Assembly (NCBI GenBank): GCA_963663165.1
Contig: OY760175.1
Location: 1,088,001 to 1,152,000 of the forward strand
Length of the DNA: 64,000 bases
Direction of reading: 5' to 3'
From: an uncultured Desulfospira sp.
Lineage (GTDB): Bacteria > Desulfobacterota > Desulfobacteria > Desulfobacterales > Desulfobacteraceae
Positions 53,552 to 63,753 of this stretch are shown here, piece after piece. Position 1 is the first letter of the stretch. The number at the start of each line of letters is the position of its first letter. The notes below the pieces were generated by a model, which had not been told where the DNA came from, did not search any database, and saw nothing but the letters and a program-made list of their open reading frames with translations. Position numbers and translations under genes: made by a program.

Positions 53552-55138
53552 ATGATAAAAAACGATTACCCCATAGTAAACGAAGACCTGTTTTTCAAGC
53601 AGGCCACACTGCTGATCTGCAGCAGCCTGGATATTGAAACAGCGCTTCAGCGCTGCCGGGCCTATATCTGCACCTTTCTGCCGGCCGGGGCCATGTACAT
53701 TAATATTTATGAGCCGGCCCTCGGGGGACTGCGTTACGTGGCCAGGGCCGATGCCCGGGGCGGGGAAAAGATGGACAAGGTAGTCCGCCTGCCCCGCTCC
53801 CTGATTGAAGACATTGAACAGGGCCGGCGTTTAAAAGACCAGATGATCATCAATCAGCCCGAGCTGGACCCCATGGGCCGGATCCTTGCCAAAGAGCTTG
53901 ACCTGGATCTTGATCACTTTTCTCTGATGACCCTGCGCCTGAGAATCGAAGGCCAGCGTTTGGGGGTCATTGATATTATTGCCAACGGCCGGGGCCGGTT
54001 CACCGATGACCAGATGCGCCTTTTTTCTCTGCTCCACGAGCCCTTTGCCATTGCCATGGCCAATACCCTCAAACATCAGGAACTGCTCAGGCTCAAGGAA
54101 CAGCTGGTTTCCGAAAACCGTTTTTTGAGCCATGAACTTTTCTCTAAGGGCAGCCGTGAGGTCATCGGTGCGGACCAGGGCTTAAAAGGGGTATTGGAAA
54201 AAGTCAGGCAGGTGGCCCCATTAAGAAACACGGTGTTGATATTAGGGGAAACCGGTGTGGGCAAAGAGGTCATTGCCAATGCCATCCACCGGTTGTCCAA
54301 TCGAAAAGATCAGCCCTTTATCAAGGTCAACTGCGGGGCCATTCCCGAAAACCTCATTGACAGTGAACTTTTCGGCCATGAAAAAGGGGCCTTTACCGGC
54401 GCGGTCAGCCAGAAACGGGGACGGTTTGAACGGGCCAACCAGGGGACCATTTTCTTAGATGAAATCGGGGAGCTGCCTTCATGGGCACAGATCCGGCTGC
54501 TTCGGGTCCTCCAGACCCGGGAAATTGAACGCTTAGGCGGGTCGCCGCCCATTGCCCTGGACATCCGGGTCATTGTGGCCACCCACCGGAACCTTGGCCG
54601 GATGGTGGAACAAAAACAATTCCGCCAGGACCTCTGGTTCAGGATCAATGCCTTTCCCATTGTGATCCCGCCCCTGCGGGAACGCAAAGCCGACATCCCG
54701 TTGCTGGTGGACCATTTTTTAAAGAAAAAGGCAACCGAGATGGGCATCCAGAAGATTCCCCACATCATGGCCCAGGATATGGAACGTCTCATGGCCCATG
54801 ACTTTCCAGGAAACGTCAGGGAACTTGAAAACAACGTGGAACGGGCCCTCATTCAGCACCGGCACGGGCCTCTTCATTTTGGCCGACCCTCGGTGATCAT
54901 TGAAGATGATCCCTTTATTCCGGCCGCCCGACTGGACGGCCCGGTGGCAGGGCTGGATGAAGTGGTTAAATCCTATATTGAAAAAGTCCTTGCCATGGCC
55001 GACGGCAGGGTAAACGGTGAAAACGGGGCCGCGGCCATGCTCGGCGTAAATCCCAACACCTTAAGGCACCGGATGAAGAAACTGGGAATTGTTTACGGCA
55101 GGGCATATACGAGTCTAAACGAGGAGGGGGAATGCTAA
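53552..55138 (+). CDS. GAF-domain sigma54-dependent activator (FhlA-like)
   Basis: GETGVGKE, ELFGHEKGAFTGA, FLDEIG, FPGNVREL, C-terminal HTH. Confidence 0.95.
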   Translation: MIKNDYPIVNEDLFFKQATLLICSSLDIETALQRCRAYICTFLPAGAMYINIYEPALGGLRYVARADARGGEKMDKVVRLPRSLIEDIEQGRRLKDQMIINQPELDPMGRILAKELDLDLDHFSLMTLRLRIEGQRLGVIDIIANGRGRFTDDQMRLFSLLHEPFAIAMANTLKHQELLRLKEQLVSENRFLSHELFSKGSREVIGADQGLKGVLEKVRQVAPLRNTVLILGETGVGKEVIANAIHRLSNRKDQPFIKVNCGAIPENLIDSELFGHEKGAFTGAVSQKRGRFERANQGTIFLDEIGELPSWAQIRLLRVLQTREIERLGGSPPIALDIRVIVATHRNLGRMVEQKQFRQDLWFRINAFPIVIPPLRERKADIPLLVDHFLKKKATEMGIQKIPHIMAQDMERLMAHDFPGNVRELENNVERALIQHRHGPLHFGRPSVIIEDDPFIPAARLDGPVAGLDEVVKSYIEKVLAMADGRVNGENGAAAMLGVNPNTLRHRMKKLGIVYGRAYTSLNEEGEC

Positions 55139-56976
55139 AAAAGAAAAGCCGGACAGTGAGTGCCAAAGAAGCCATCAGCGCCGTCAAGAACGGCAACCGG
55201 ATCTACATCGGCTCAGGATGCGGGGAGCCCCGGCACCTGATATCCGCCCTGATGAACAACCACGATATCCAGGATGCCATGATTTTTCAGGTCCTGGCCC
55301 TTTCCCTGGCCGAATACCTGGAGGACGACGACACCATCAACCGGTTTTCCGTCAAGCTCTTTTTTGTGCCCGATGCCATGCAGCAGGCCGCCTTTGACGG
55401 AAAAATCGACTATATTCCCACCTACCTGTCCCAAATCCCCATGTTTTTTAAAAGCGGTCAGATCGGCCTGGACGTGGCTTTAATTCAGATCAGCCCGCCG
55501 GACCGGTTTGGCGTGGCAAGCTTAGGGGTCTCCGTGGATGTGACCTTAGAGGCGGTAAAAAGCGCCAAACTGGTCATTGCCCAGGTCAACCCCCGCATGC
55601 CCCGGACCCACGGGGACGGATTCATCCATGTTAACGACATTGACTATCTGGTTCCCTTTGAGGAACAGCTCCAGCAGCACGTGCGCAACCCTGTGGATGA
55701 AACCATCAGCAGCCGCATTGCCAAGTATGTCAAAGAACTCGTTGACGACGGGGCCACCCTCCAGGTGGGATTCGGGCAGCTGCCCTTTTCCCTGCTCAAA
55801 TACATTGATGATAAAAATGATCTCGGGGTTCATACCCACATGATCGGCGACTCTTTTATCCCGCTGTTTGAAAAGGGAATCATCACCAACAAACAGAAAA
55901 ACTTCATGAAAGATAGGGCCGTTGCCACCTTTTGCATGGGGACCCAGAAGTCCTATGAGTATATTGACAACAATATCCAGTTCTACTTTGGCACGGCGGA
56001 TTTTGTGAATACCCCAGGCATCATCGGGCGCAACGACAACTTTGTTTCCATTTCCTCTGCCATGGAAGTGGATTTCTCAGGTCAGGTCTGTTCGGATTCC
56101 GTGGGCCGGCAGTTTTTCACCGGCACCGGGGACCAGACCCATTTTATCCGGGGCGCCACCCTGTCAAAGGGGGGATTTTCCATTATCGCCCTGCCCTCCA
56201 CCGCCAAAAAAGGCACCGTATCAAGAATTGTTCCCGCCTTGAGCGCCGGGGCCGGGGTAGCCACCTTAAGGGCCGATGTCGACTTTGTGGTCACGGAATA
56301 CGGCATTGCCCAGCTCAAAGGCAAGAGCATTTCCCAGCGGGTGGTTGAACTAATCCAGATTTCCCACCCCGATTTCAGGGCAAAGCTGATGGACGCAGCC
56401 AAAGAACAGCGGTATATTCTGGCCGACCACATGCCCCTGCCCGCCAAAGATCTGATTTTTCTGGAATCCTATAAAAGCCGGCTCAAATTAAAAACCGGCA
56501 AAACCATGGCCGTCCGGCCGCTGCTTCCCTCGGATGAGATCGCCTACAGGAATTTTTTCTACTCCTTGAAACGAGAAACCATTTTCTTCCGGTTTTTCAA
56601 TGACATCACCATTTTTTCACGCCGAACCGCCCAGGCCCACTGGTCCAACATGGATTACCGCCGGTTTATCTCCCTGATCGGCCAGGTCAGAAATAAGGGA
56701 AACAACGAAATTATGGCCATCGGCACCTATGCGGAAGTGGACGACCAATGGGCAGAAGTGGCCTTTGTGGTCCGGGAGGATTTCAGGAATCACGGCATTG
56801 CCCGGTACCTGCTCAAAGAACTTGAAAAAATTGCCCGGTCAAACGGGTACAAGGGCTTCACCGCCACCATCCTTCCCGAAAACCAGGCCATGCAGCATGT
56901 ATTTTTATCCGCCTACCCCAAGGCCACCAAATCCTATCATGCCGAAAGCGTGGATATCCAGATGCCCTTTGATTAA
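55132..56976 (+). CDS. Acetyl-CoA hydrolase/CoA-transferase-like + GNAT fusion
   Basis: SLGVSVD, QVNPRMPRTHG, VVTEYGIA, ISHPDFR; C-terminal AEVAFVVREDFRNHGIA. Confidence 0.9.
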   Translation: MLKKKSRTVSAKEAISAVKNGNRIYIGSGCGEPRHLISALMNNHDIQDAMIFQVLALSLAEYLEDDDTINRFSVKLFFVPDAMQQAAFDGKIDYIPTYLSQIPMFFKSGQIGLDVALIQISPPDRFGVASLGVSVDVTLEAVKSAKLVIAQVNPRMPRTHGDGFIHVNDIDYLVPFEEQLQQHVRNPVDETISSRIAKYVKELVDDGATLQVGFGQLPFSLLKYIDDKNDLGVHTHMIGDSFIPLFEKGIITNKQKNFMKDRAVATFCMGTQKSYEYIDNNIQFYFGTADFVNTPGIIGRNDNFVSISSAMEVDFSGQVCSDSVGRQFFTGTGDQTHFIRGATLSKGGFSIIALPSTAKKGTVSRIVPALSAGAGVATLRADVDFVVTEYGIAQLKGKSISQRVVELIQISHPDFRAKLMDAAKEQRYILADHMPLPAKDLIFLESYKSRLKLKTGKTMAVRPLLPSDEIAYRNFFYSLKRETIFFRFFNDITIFSRRTAQAHWSNMDYRRFISLIGQVRNKGNNEIMAIGTYAEVDDQWAEVAFVVREDFRNHGIARYLLKELEKIARSNGYKGFTATILPENQAMQHVFLSAYPKATKSYHAESVDIQMPFD

Positions 56977-57055
56977 AGGCCGGGCATCTGGCACAACGGT
57001 TTTAGACACTGATGCCTGCCGGGGACAAGATGGACAATCGCTCCTTGCGACAGGG

Positions 57056-57454
57056 TCACCCCTTGATGGTCGTCACCTGGCAGGGCGCCTCAAGGATAAT
57101 GTGCTGAGAGTTAGATCCGAATAAAAGCTTGCCGAGCTTGGATCTCTTTTTCAGCGGCATGATAATTTCATTTATCTCGTGTTTTTCAGCATACTGAACA
57201 ACCCCCTCGCCTAAGGGAAGTGATGTGGTCACCACCTCGGCCCGGCACTTTATCCCGTACTTTGTTACCGTATCGGCCGCCATGGCTTCGAGACGTTTCC
57301 TGGTGTCTTCAACAACTTCTTCCGGGGCACCGGCCTGGTTTTGAATAACAGATACCACGTAAATGGAGCCATCAAACGCCTTTGCATGGCTGCGTGCGAT
57401 TTCCATGGCTGCGGCATCGGCGGAGATGTTCTTGCTATAAACCATTATGTTCAT
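57056..57454 (-). CDS. Universal stress protein
   Basis: RSKLGKLLFGSNSQHIILEAPCQV. Confidence 0.9.
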   Translation of the reverse strand: MNIMVYSKNISADAAAMEIARSHAKAFDGSIYVVSVIQNQAGAPEEVVEDTRKRLEAMAADTVTKYGIKCRAEVVTTSLPLGEGVVQYAEKHEINEIIMPLKKRSKLGKLLFGSNSQHIILEAPCQVTTIKG

Positions 57455-57608
57455 AACGCTCTTACTCCTTAAAATAGGTTATCTTTTCTTGGACGGCGTT
57501 ACTATAATGTCCTTGACACAGTTAAGTCAAGACTGATATCCCAATTATTGAATTTGTTTCGCAACCCATTAACATTTAGTCCCTAATTTTGACCCAAAGG
57601 AGGAATTC

Positions 57609-57800
57609 ATGAAAAGAATGACCGCAAAACAAATTGAGTTTGAAGCCGGGCGAATTTTTGGTGCCTCTTGGAAAAACCGCGAAAAAACAGGATCTCTGAC
57701 TGATCAGCTCAAGGCGGCGATAGCCAATGAAAAGGATTTGCCGGACACCAAAAAGCAGATGGCAGAATACATCATTGAGTGCGCCGGAGACTTAGACTGA
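57609..57800 (+). CDS. Small hypothetical protein
   Basis: 63 aa with a strong AAGGAGGA RBS. Confidence 0.7.
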   Translation: MKRMTAKQIEFEAGRIFGASWKNREKTGSLTDQLKAAIANEKDLPDTKKQMAEYIIECAGDLD

Positions 57801-57964
57801 TTTTAAACGGGGGGGAGGCTGACAGAAGGGAAGTATAGGACAATCATTTACCGGAAAACCTATTCTGTTTCGACCCAATTTGCCAGCATCAAACCATCCG
57901 CTGTGACAAATTCCCCCATAATGATATATAGCACCGGCCTGTCCCCAATCAGCCAATGCTATAT

Positions 57965-58088
57965 CAATGTCATTAACTTAAGCGTTAATACAAGAAACTG
58001 GAAACAAGAGACAAGAGGGTGAAGCGCCGTTGGCGCCCATTTTATAACCCCTGCGCGCTATGCCAAATTTCTTAAATTAATGGCATTG
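57965..58088 (+). mobile_element. 124-bp MITE, copy 1
   Basis: TIRs CAATGTCATTAACTTAAG / CTTAAATTAATGGCATTG; 10-bp TSD AATGCTATAT (57955-64, 58089-98). Confidence 0.92.
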
Positions 58089-58278
58089 AATGCTATATAA
58101 TTATGTAGTTCTTTGACGTAAAATACCATTTAACACTTGACTTTCACCGCTATCCCCATTTATAGCTATAACACCTTTGTTTCAAGTTAGGCACCAGTAT
58201 TTAAGATGCAAATTCCCCAACAGGATCAAAATGGCTTGAAACTTAACTTTTTTACATCCATTACAGGAGATCACCAAT

Positions 58279-58482
58279 ATGGCTACAGGCACAGTGAAAT
58301 GGTTTAATGACTCAAAAGGTTTTGGGTTTATCGAACAAGATGATGGCGGGAAAGACGTCTTCGTGCATCACTCAGCTATCAATAAACCAGGGTTTAAATC
58401 CCTGAATGAAGGGGATCGTGTTTCATTCGATATTGAACAAGGTCAAAAAGGGCCCGCTGCTGCAAATGTAACCCCCCTATAG
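58279..58482 (+). CDS. cspA: Cold-shock protein
   Basis: [24 protein letters not shown]. Confidence 0.97.
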   Translation: MATGTVKWFNDSKGFGFIEQDDGGKDVFVHHSAINKPGFKSLNEGDRVSFDIEQGQKGPAAANVTPL

Positions 58483-58503
58483 TTAACCGTATGATTTGTT
58501 AAA

Positions 58504-58538
58504 AAGTTCCCGGACGGTAAATTGTTTGGGAACTTCTT
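58504..58538 (+). terminator. Hairpin after cspA
   Basis: AAGTTCCCGGAC...GTTTGGGAACTT. Confidence 0.6.
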
Positions 58539-58839
58539 CCGTATATAAAACACCCTTCCTGATGTGTGAAAATTAACGGCAACTTGTTCATCTTTGATCT
58601 TCTTTGGCAAAATTTGATTTCACCCCTTAAAACGAATTTGTATTAAGCTGTAATTTGTATTAGAATGCAAATAGCCAGATTCAAAAATGGGATCAATCTA
58701 TCCACCACCCTGGTTCCCATTAAAGGCATTTAAGTAAATATACTTAAATGAAATGAAAAGATAATTCTCTTTCGCCTTTGGTTATCTCCTTTTTCTGTAA
58801 CGCTTTGATTTTAATTTCTACAACATACAGGATGGAAAT

Positions 58840-59001
58840 ATGGAAAAATGCGATTGGAAAATTGTTGATCCTGATGAGAATCATTACGAATCAGAATGTG
58901 GCGGGGACTGGTTTTTTTTTGAGGGGACTATAGAAGATAATCAAATGGAATTATGTCCATTCTGCGGTGAACCGATCAATGAGATAGAATCCGTACGATA
59001 A
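58840..59001 (+). CDS. 53-aa zinc-ribbon-like protein (absent from the ORF track)
   Basis: MEKCDW...ESECGGDW...CPFCGEPI; AGGA/GGA upstream. Confidence 0.7.
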   Translation: MEKCDWKIVDPDENHYESECGGDWFFFEGTIEDNQMELCPFCGEPINEIESVR

Positions 59002-59013
59002 GCCAGCGGACCA

Positions 59014-59583
59014 CTATCTGGCATATTTCCCGCGGATGCCGACATAGCGGGAGCGGATTTCACGGATATCCGCAGTAGCGTCACCCGTCGGATAAAAGGT
59101 GGATAAAAAACCGCCTGTTTTACGTTTATAATCGAGAAAGGCCAGGGCTATGGGAACCTTTGCACCCATGGCAATATAGTAAAAGCCCGTTTTCCATTTT
59201 TCAACCCTGGCGCGGGTGCCTTCCGGCGGCACCGCAATCACCAGCCGGTCGTTCCTGTTGAATTTATCAATTGTCTGCGCCACCATATTGTTTTTAGAAG
59301 ACCGGTTGATGGGAATACCGCCCAGCCATTTCATAAGTGGGCCGCGCCAGCTTTTGAACAGGGAATCTTTAACCATCCAGTGCATGTCAAACCCAAAAAC
59401 AAAGGCCATGGCCAGTGATATGGGGACATCCCAGTTACTGGTGTGCGGAGCGCCAACCAATACGTATTTGGGTTCTGCCGGCAAATGGCCTTCCAGTTTC
59501 CAGCCGGTCAATTTAAGAGAAGTTATGCTTAACAGTTTTAGAAGCGGGCGTATTACCGGGGTGTTGTATATGGTTAAATTCAA
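59014..59583 (-). CDS. PlsC-like acyltransferase
   Basis: APHTSNWD, GGIPINR, PEGTR, KTGFYYIA. Confidence 0.92.
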   Translation of the reverse strand: MNLTIYNTPVIRPLLKLLSITSLKLTGWKLEGHLPAEPKYVLVGAPHTSNWDVPISLAMAFVFGFDMHWMVKDSLFKSWRGPLMKWLGGIPINRSSKNNMVAQTIDKFNRNDRLVIAVPPEGTRARVEKWKTGFYYIAMGAKVPIALAFLDYKRKTGGFLSTFYPTGDATADIREIRSRYVGIRGKYAR

Positions 59584-59621
59584 TGGTTCTCCTATTCTTT
59601 TTTTTTAAATATGGCACGAAT

Positions 59622-59745
59622 CAATGCCATTAACTTAAGAAATTTGGCCTAGCGCGCAGGGGTTATAAAATGGGCGCCAACGGCGCTTCACCCTCTTGTC
59701 TCTTGTTTCCAGTTTCTTGTATTAACGCTTAAGTTAATGACATTG
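59622..59745 (-). mobile_element. 124-bp MITE, copy 2 (inverted)
   Basis: Near-identical reverse complement of copy 1; its own 10-bp TSD TGGCACGAAT (59612-21, 59746-55). Confidence 0.92.
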
Positions 59746-59877
59746 TGGCACGAATAGGTGAATATAGGTCAGAAAAACGATTTGTGTCAAGATATTAAAA
59801 GGTTAACGGCAGGGTGATCGCATGTAACTCGCCTGTAGTTAACAGCATTTTGGGTGGTGAGGATAATAATGTAAAAA

Positions 59878-59969
59878 AACGGAAACCGGAGAAGAGGAGA
59901 CTGGAGACCGGATCACGCATCCTTAGGGGTATCGCATTCCGGTCTGCAGTCTCCTTTCCTCCGGTCTCC
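59878..59969. repeat. Heptamer-armed palindromic element (family B), copy 2
   Basis: AACGGAAACCGGAGAA...CGCATCCTTAGGGG...CCGGTCT. Confidence 0.8.
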
Positions 59970-60088
59970 CTACATTTTATTGGGGTTATCTTTCATTCCG
60001 GGGTGGACGGCTTTTTTACATGCGATTGCCCTGAGGTTAACGATTGACAAAATTTGAGGTTCTTACATCGGATGGTTGTGGGCAGGGG

Positions 60089-60130
60089 TAAAAAAAAGGC
60101 CGGCCAGGGAATCAATCCCGTGGCCGGCCC
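60089..60130 (-). terminator. Intrinsic terminator of the 63635-60208 operon
   Basis: A-run + GGCCGGCCA...TGGCCGGCC. Confidence 0.75.
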
Positions 60131-60207
60131 ATAACTGACTTCAAAGAGGAATGAAGCCTGTCGGATACGCACTTTCATCCTTCATCCTTCATCCCTCATC
60201 CTTTCTA

Positions 60208-61026
60208 TCATGCTTCCATGGGAATATCCCCAAGGCTCAAGTCTTTATCCGTAACAATGTTCTCAATCACCTTCTTAACCCCGTCCTTTTCTATGTTCAG
60301 GGTAAAGGTCCGGTCATCGGCCAGTTTGCGGAACCAGAAATCGCCGAAATTATCCGTGGTCGCGGTGAATTCTTCACCGGATTCATCATCTTTAAGGCTG
60401 CATGTGGCCCCGATGATAACTTCTTTTTCAACCGGATCGTACACGGTGCCGGCCACAAATTTCTTGGGCAGGTTCTTGTAGTATACCCGTGATTTGGTCC
60501 CGGCTTCGGGGTTGAGGAATTCGGCTTCCTTGATAAAATCCTGGAAATCAGCTTCCTCGCCGAACCGTAAGGCTTCGGTGGGGCACTGGTCTACGCATCT
60601 GGGAACTTCCCACTCATCGTCGTTGTCCAGCAGATGGGCGCATCCGGTACACTTCTGGGCCACGTTGAGCTGCTCATTAAAGAAAATGGCGTCGTGGGGA
60701 CAGGTGTCCTTGCACAGTTTGCAGCCTGTGCATTTGTCCGGATGGATCAGCACCAGGCCGTCAGGCCGTTTTTCAATGGCGTCATAAGCGCATTGTTCGA
60801 TGCAGGGGGCATCATCACAATGCTGGCACATTTTGGGAAGATAAGTGACCTTGACCTTGGGAACCTGTCCCCTGACCAGCTCAGTGATGCCGATCCAGAA
60901 CTGGCCGGTGTCGGGCTGGGGCTTGGCATAGGGGGTCCAGTCATTGGCCACATGTTCGTCCTTGCATGCAATCTGGCAGCAGTAGCAGCCGTTGCATATG
61001 GATAAGTCCAGATAAAATGCTTTCAT
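60208..61026 (-). CDS. 4Fe-4S dicluster small subunit (paralog of 1317..2135)
   Basis: Four intact Cys motifs; 272 aa. Confidence 0.95.
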   Translation of the reverse strand: MKAFYLDLSICNGCYCCQIACKDEHVANDWTPYAKPQPDTGQFWIGITELVRGQVPKVKVTYLPKMCQHCDDAPCIEQCAYDAIEKRPDGLVLIHPDKCTGCKLCKDTCPHDAIFFNEQLNVAQKCTGCAHLLDNDDEWEVPRCVDQCPTEALRFGEEADFQDFIKEAEFLNPEAGTKSRVYYKNLPKKFVAGTVYDPVEKEVIIGATCSLKDDESGEEFTATTDNFGDFWFRKLADDRTFTLNIEKDGVKKVIENIVTDKDLSLGDIPMEA

Positions 61027-63635
61027 TATTTGTTACCTCCCTCAATCCATGCATCAAATCTCAACCCTGCTGCATGGTCATACTCCCGCTCAAAGGCTTC
61101 CGGAAAATCCTTACGCCACTGGTCCATTTCTTTTCCGGACAGCCGCTCGATCTGAACCAGATATCCCTGGACCACGTTACCAACACATCGTTTTGACGTA
61201 ATGGGGTTGGGGGTAATGGTGTTAATGGCCCCGCCCCTTTCAATTTCACCGGTTTTGATGGGATCATGGCGGGCACCGTGATCAATACCGATCACGCCGG
61301 GCCTGATCCGTTCCGTAACATAGGCCCCTGCCAGCACGATACCGCGCTCGTTGAATATTTTAACGATGTCACCGTTTTGAATGCCCCGCTTTTCAGCTTC
61401 AGAGGTATGCATCCAGACCGGTTCATACTTGTAGCCGTCGGGCCCAAGGACTTTACAGGTCGGTGCTTCACGGGTCCAGGTAATATCGTCGCACTGGGCG
61501 TGAACCCGCCAGCGGCCGTGGTTGGACATCACCAGCAGCGGGAACATCTTGGCCCGGTGGCTGGACAGGCGCTCGTCATGAAGCTCGCTTTTTTCAATCC
61601 ACTTGGGAATGGGCGGCCGTTCTTCGTCATCGGGGAAGGCCTTGGCCAGGCTTTCAGAGTAGAACTCCAGCTTTCCGGTGGGGGTGCCCAGGGGACTTTT
61701 TATGGGATCTTCGTAGAATTTTCTCAATCCTGGAGGATCATCTTCCCAGTCCGGGGCGGTATTGTATACCCAGTATTTCTTTTCAGACAGCAGTTCCCAG
61801 GAAACCAGGTCTTCGCCGCCCATATATTCCCAGACCTTTTTTTGCATTTCGGCAATGGTTTTACCGTCGGTAAGTTCCTGCTCCATACCGAACTGCTTGC
61901 CGATCTCCACCACGATTTCAAAATCGGATTTTGACTCACCGACTGGTTCAATGGCCTTATCGGCTATCATGATGTTGGGCTGCTGGGTGCCCTGGCGGAT
62001 GTTGGTTAAGATGTCGTCCACTTCCATGAAGGTGTTGGCCGGCAGCACAATGTCCGCATACAGGCAGTCGTTTTCAAACCAGGGATGCTGGGCCACAATG
62101 GTTTCCACATTGGGATTCTGCATGGCAAGCTCGGTTTCGTTGCCGTAGTTCCAGCAGGTAATCCGGCAGGGGGTGTCGGTCCAGATCATCCGGATATCAC
62201 ATCCGCCCTTTTCTTCTTCAATGGGGAAGGTATATTCATTAAATTGATCTTTTACCAACGCGTTCTGAGCGCCGGTTCCCCAGAATTTGATGGGGCCGTC
62301 CCGGTTGATGGCGTGCTGAATCAGGGTTTTGGGAATGACCTGTTCCTGCCATGCGGTAACAGAAGAAAATACCGGCAAAGACAGCCGTTCTTCAATTTCA
62401 GGGTTCCAGAAAAAGGTGCCGCCAAGGCCTTCCGCGCGGGGCATGCCAAAATAGGTCAGCTGATGCTGGTGAACCCCGGGGCCGCCCAGGCCCTGCATGC
62501 CTAACAGGATACATTCAAGCCGTGCCGGTTCATGGGCAAATGCGCCGCGGATCATGCCGCCGCCAAAATAATGGGCAATGGATGTGGTCTTGGCCGCAAA
62601 TTCCCGGGCAAAGGCTTTGATGGTCCACTCAGGAACGCCGCATTTCTTAGAGGCCCACTCCGGTGTTTTGGGGATACCGTCTTCTTCTCCGAGAACGTAG
62701 GCCTGGACTTTGTCAAACCCCACGGTATGGGTTTCAACATACTCTTTGTTATAAAGGTCTTCTTTGATCCAGATATAAATGATGGCCAGCTGGAGGGCGG
62801 CATCGGTGTTGGGCAGTACCGGAATCCACTTGTCGGCATGAACGGCGGCCCCGTAGTTTAAATCCGGACAGATATAAACCTGTTTGATGCCCGCATCAGA
62901 CCAGAAATAGCACAGGCGGCTGGCAAACTGTCCGGTAAATCCCCAGGGGGTGGTTTCCGGATCACATCCCCAGAACAGCACCATGTCGGCATGTTCGGTG
63001 GTGTCTTTAATAATGTTGGCCGCCGGAAACATGATGCCCTGGGCACCCTGGCCCCAGACGTGCTTGGCGCCCCAGTACCAGCCTTCCCAGGAGTCCGGGT
63101 TTCTGACCTGGAGGGTAAAACCGCCCAGGTTGTCCAGCAGAACACCGGCATGGCCGTGGGGGGTATTGATGGTCTTGCATTCGCCATGGCCGTCCCCCTG
63201 GAGCAGGACCGCATTGTGTCCGTAGGTTTTGTGAACCCGTTTGATTTCATCGGCTACCAGTTTGGCGGCCTCATCCCAGGAAATCCGGACAAACTTGCTT
63301 TTGCCCCGGTTCTGGGTATTGCGCTCTCCATTGGGATCCCAGTCCACCCGCTTCATGGGATATTTAATCCGGTTGGGAGAGTAAACCCTTTTTTTGTACC
63401 CCAGAGAAAAAGGGCCGGGCAGGGATTTCCAGGACGGTTCAATGGTCTTGCCGTTCCGTTCCATCTTCCACTGGCGCACATCCTTTTTGTCATACTTCCA
63501 GCCATACTGCATGGGACGGACACGAACAATTTTACCGTCCTTTACATCTACCATCCCTTCAGCTCCGCCACCGAAATAGCCTCCGAGTCCAAGGGACCTT
63601 AACACGGTCTTGTCTTTTGTTTTAATGGGCTTCAT
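61026..63635 (-). CDS. Mo/W-bisPGD oxidoreductase large subunit, divergent transhydroxylase-related clade
   Basis: [25 protein letters not shown] (Ser ligand), GGAGG RBS; no Tat signal and no N-terminal Fe-S motif. Confidence 0.94.
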   Translation of the reverse strand: MKPIKTKDKTVLRSLGLGGYFGGGAEGMVDVKDGKIVRVRPMQYGWKYDKKDVRQWKMERNGKTIEPSWKSLPGPFSLGYKKRVYSPNRIKYPMKRVDWDPNGERNTQNRGKSKFVRISWDEAAKLVADEIKRVHKTYGHNAVLLQGDGHGECKTINTPHGHAGVLLDNLGGFTLQVRNPDSWEGWYWGAKHVWGQGAQGIMFPAANIIKDTTEHADMVLFWGCDPETTPWGFTGQFASRLCYFWSDAGIKQVYICPDLNYGAAVHADKWIPVLPNTDAALQLAIIYIWIKEDLYNKEYVETHTVGFDKVQAYVLGEEDGIPKTPEWASKKCGVPEWTIKAFAREFAAKTTSIAHYFGGGMIRGAFAHEPARLECILLGMQGLGGPGVHQHQLTYFGMPRAEGLGGTFFWNPEIEERLSLPVFSSVTAWQEQVIPKTLIQHAINRDGPIKFWGTGAQNALVKDQFNEYTFPIEEEKGGCDIRMIWTDTPCRITCWNYGNETELAMQNPNVETIVAQHPWFENDCLYADIVLPANTFMEVDDILTNIRQGTQQPNIMIADKAIEPVGESKSDFEIVVEIGKQFGMEQELTDGKTIAEMQKKVWEYMGGEDLVSWELLSEKKYWVYNTAPDWEDDPPGLRKFYEDPIKSPLGTPTGKLEFYSESLAKAFPDDEERPPIPKWIEKSELHDERLSSHRAKMFPLLVMSNHGRWRVHAQCDDITWTREAPTCKVLGPDGYKYEPVWMHTSEAEKRGIQNGDIVKIFNERGIVLAGAYVTERIRPGVIGIDHGARHDPIKTGEIERGGAINTITPNPITSKRCVGNVVQGYLVQIERLSGKEMDQWRKDFPEAFEREYDHAAGLRFDAWIEGGNK

Positions 63636-63735
63636 TGAAAATTTGCCTCCTCATACCTTGATAATGTCCGGGTAAAAGTCCTCATTTTGCCCGCGAGGAA
63701 TCACTTCAGACGAACACAAATTGCGTTCATTGTTT

Positions 63736-63753
63736 TATGCAAAATTACATACA
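63736..63753. promoter_or_regulatory. 18-bp operator candidate, copy 2
   Basis: TATGCAAAATTACATACA, identical to 8067-8084, about 100 bp upstream of the 63635 start. Confidence 0.7.

Noticed and set aside
57955..59755. A single composite transposon insertion
   Set aside because: Each MITE has its own TSD and the outer flanks do not match, so these were separate insertions.
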